NCBI GenBank assembly: GCA_028534125.1
Contig: CM052819.1
Span: 41,602,001-41,666,000, forward strand
Source: Lama glama
Taxonomy: Eukaryota
Length of the DNA: 64,000 nucleotides
Direction: 5' to 3'
Of this stretch, positions 62,061-64,000 are shown one piece after another. The position numbers and the translations under genes are program-made. Position 1 is the first letter of the stretch. Each line of letters starts with the position of its first letter. A model generated the notes under the pieces. That model was not told the origin of the DNA, searched no databases, and worked only from the letters and a program-made list of their open reading frames with translations.

Positions 62061-64000
62061 ATATTAAAAAATATATATTCCTTTTGTGCTAGTGATAACC
62101 TCTAGAAATGGAATTAGGGAAAGAAGGTATTCTAATCAAAAGGGTGAGATAGTAATTAGTAATACATTAAAGTTATAAGGTAAGCCCACAAATTAAACAC
62201 ATTATCAACAGCATCATTCACAATAAAGAAATCTACAAATACTTGAAAGACACAGGGAAATAAATATTACCAGGCATCCAAAAAGAGTTTTTGCGTGCAG
62301 ATGAACAATAAACTCAGTACAGACTATCATGGCACATGCCATAAAAAAGGGTAATACTTAGAGTTAATGTATTTCTTGGTTTTGGTGTAAGAAAACAATG
62401 TCTGTTCTGGCATTGAATTTAGTTGGGAACGTATTGAATGAGTCCATGTTTTTGAATTATTGAAGAACATAAGATATAGAAAAGATAGAAGTTTCAAAAT
62501 GGTAGATTACACATCTATTTGAAACTTTGATATTTAAGTTTGTTTCTTCTTTCTGGTCACATCAGAGCCCATGTGGTATAGCTTAACATTCAAATGACCC
62601 TATAAAAGTTTTGTTTTGTTTTTTTAATTAAGAACATATTCCTTTAAACCATCAAAAAATTCAAAGTGGCTTCAACTGTTTAAAACTTAAAAATAATTTT
62701 GGATCTGATATTTATAGTTATATACCAAATGTTTTAGAAATGGAAATTCTATTGATGTGGAAGAAATCTAATTAAACATGAGACTGCTTCTTAATATAGG
62801 TTCATAAATTCCTAAATTGTTACTTAATCTTGGTCTGTGGTATTTTTTTCTATTCTTAAAAATCAGATGGCTTTAGATGATTTTTAAGGTTCTTTCCTTT
62901 TTATCCTGTAATTTATTAACTTTTTTACTTCTATTTTTTTAAAATATCCAATATTATAGTTTATTATCTGAATTCTTATACTGGATCACTAAAATGTGCA
63001 CCTTAAATGCTTTACTTAATAATGTAACTTCAGACCCATTTTCTATCTGACAAAATAAAACAAAACCTTTTCAAAGCTTGATTTTCTTATTCGGTAACAG
63101 ACTTCAAACTTGTCTTTCTTTTTCCCTGGCAGTTACTGACCTTTCTTGCAAGAGATTATTAGCTAAAGGTCATTGCCTTTTTATTTTGTTACCTTAAAGC
63201 TAAAGAATTTATTATCTCATCCTTAATACTATGGCAGATCATTTTCTTCATGGGCTGTGTAGTACATAAATAATGCAAGATTTAAAGTCTTAGAATTCCT
63301 TTCTCAGCAGATAGCAAAGTACTTTAAAAAAATCCCTTTCTGGCTTGAGATAATGGTCTACTTTTATGCTGAATACACTCAAGGCTTTGTGAACTGCTTA
63401 TGTACAGGAGACAAACCACTCACGTTGGGCAGACCTGAGGTTAGACCTGCCACAGATTGAATCCACCCTCCATAAAATTCACCAGGAAAGAGAATTGATG
63501 GAAATGCAATTTTAGTTCTTAAGATTATAATTTGGATGAAGTTACAGTCTTCTATTTCCAGTACTGGTTTTCTGGCATGATTACTAGAACAGGAAAGTAA
63601 GATACTGAAAAACGGAAATGGAACTATGCAGTCAGAACGGAAAAAGAAACGGTGTAACTGTGATGCTCAGAAGTATTTTTGCGATGGGAAACAGAACAGC
63701 CAAATTTACTTTCCTTAGTAGAGTTTAAATAAAATAAGAGACAGGAAGGTCCTGACTGACAGAAACGTAACACATTTTCAAATGTTACAAGTTCTGTTAC
63801 CAGCCAGAGGAGAAGAAATAAAAGTCAATATTACACTTTTCCAAAATGCATGTACTGGAATACTGCCAAATAATTATGTGGCAAATTTTGACCTGCTTCA
63901 AGATGCTTATCAACAGAGGGTTCAAAAGATCAGCAGTTCTGCCTCTAGAAATTCAGAGGCCTAATTAAACTTATTTATATATTCTAAAAATCACTTTTAT

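Noticed and set aside
63782-63964. 60-aa ORF and small hairpin gcctct-n8-agaggc
   Set aside because: No recognisable homology or splice context
1-64000. CRISPR arrays, operons, rRNA/tRNA genes, intact transposase or RT genes
   Set aside because: None seen; the sequence is mammalian and all mobile-element coding remnants are heavily degraded

Overview
Eukaryotic (placental mammal) draft-assembly DNA. It is AT-rich and CpG-depleted, with three N gaps. It is probably camelid: a short young L1 3' end matches the camelid L1 tail as I recall it, and I see no Alu, B1, Bov-A, PRE-1 or SINEC elements. The window is intronic or intergenic and dominated by ancient eutherian repeats: MIR, L2, CR1/L3, L1M/HAL1, MaLR/ERVL/ERV1 solo LTRs, and hAT and Tigger MITEs, often nested. 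No ORF in the supplied track is a recognisable gene; most are repeat-derived, low-complexity or N-gap artefacts. There are no prokaryotic features such as CRISPR arrays or operons, and I found no convincing novel system. The best leads are: (1) a minus-strand solo LTR at 60634-61047 with CCAAT/CRE/TATA, an internal GTGAGT donor and no poly(A) signal, sitting in a CpG-rich patch; (2) candidate minus-strand 5' exons at about 17.3 kb, 3.6 kb and 2.7 kb, the last beside a MEF2/MCAT/GATA/E-box cluster; (3) a candidate plus-strand 15-nt microexon; (4) two very old RTE-like LINE fossils with recognisable endonuclease/RT motifs. All repeat family names come from recalled consensus similarity, not from a database run, and boundaries are approximate unless TSDs are cited.
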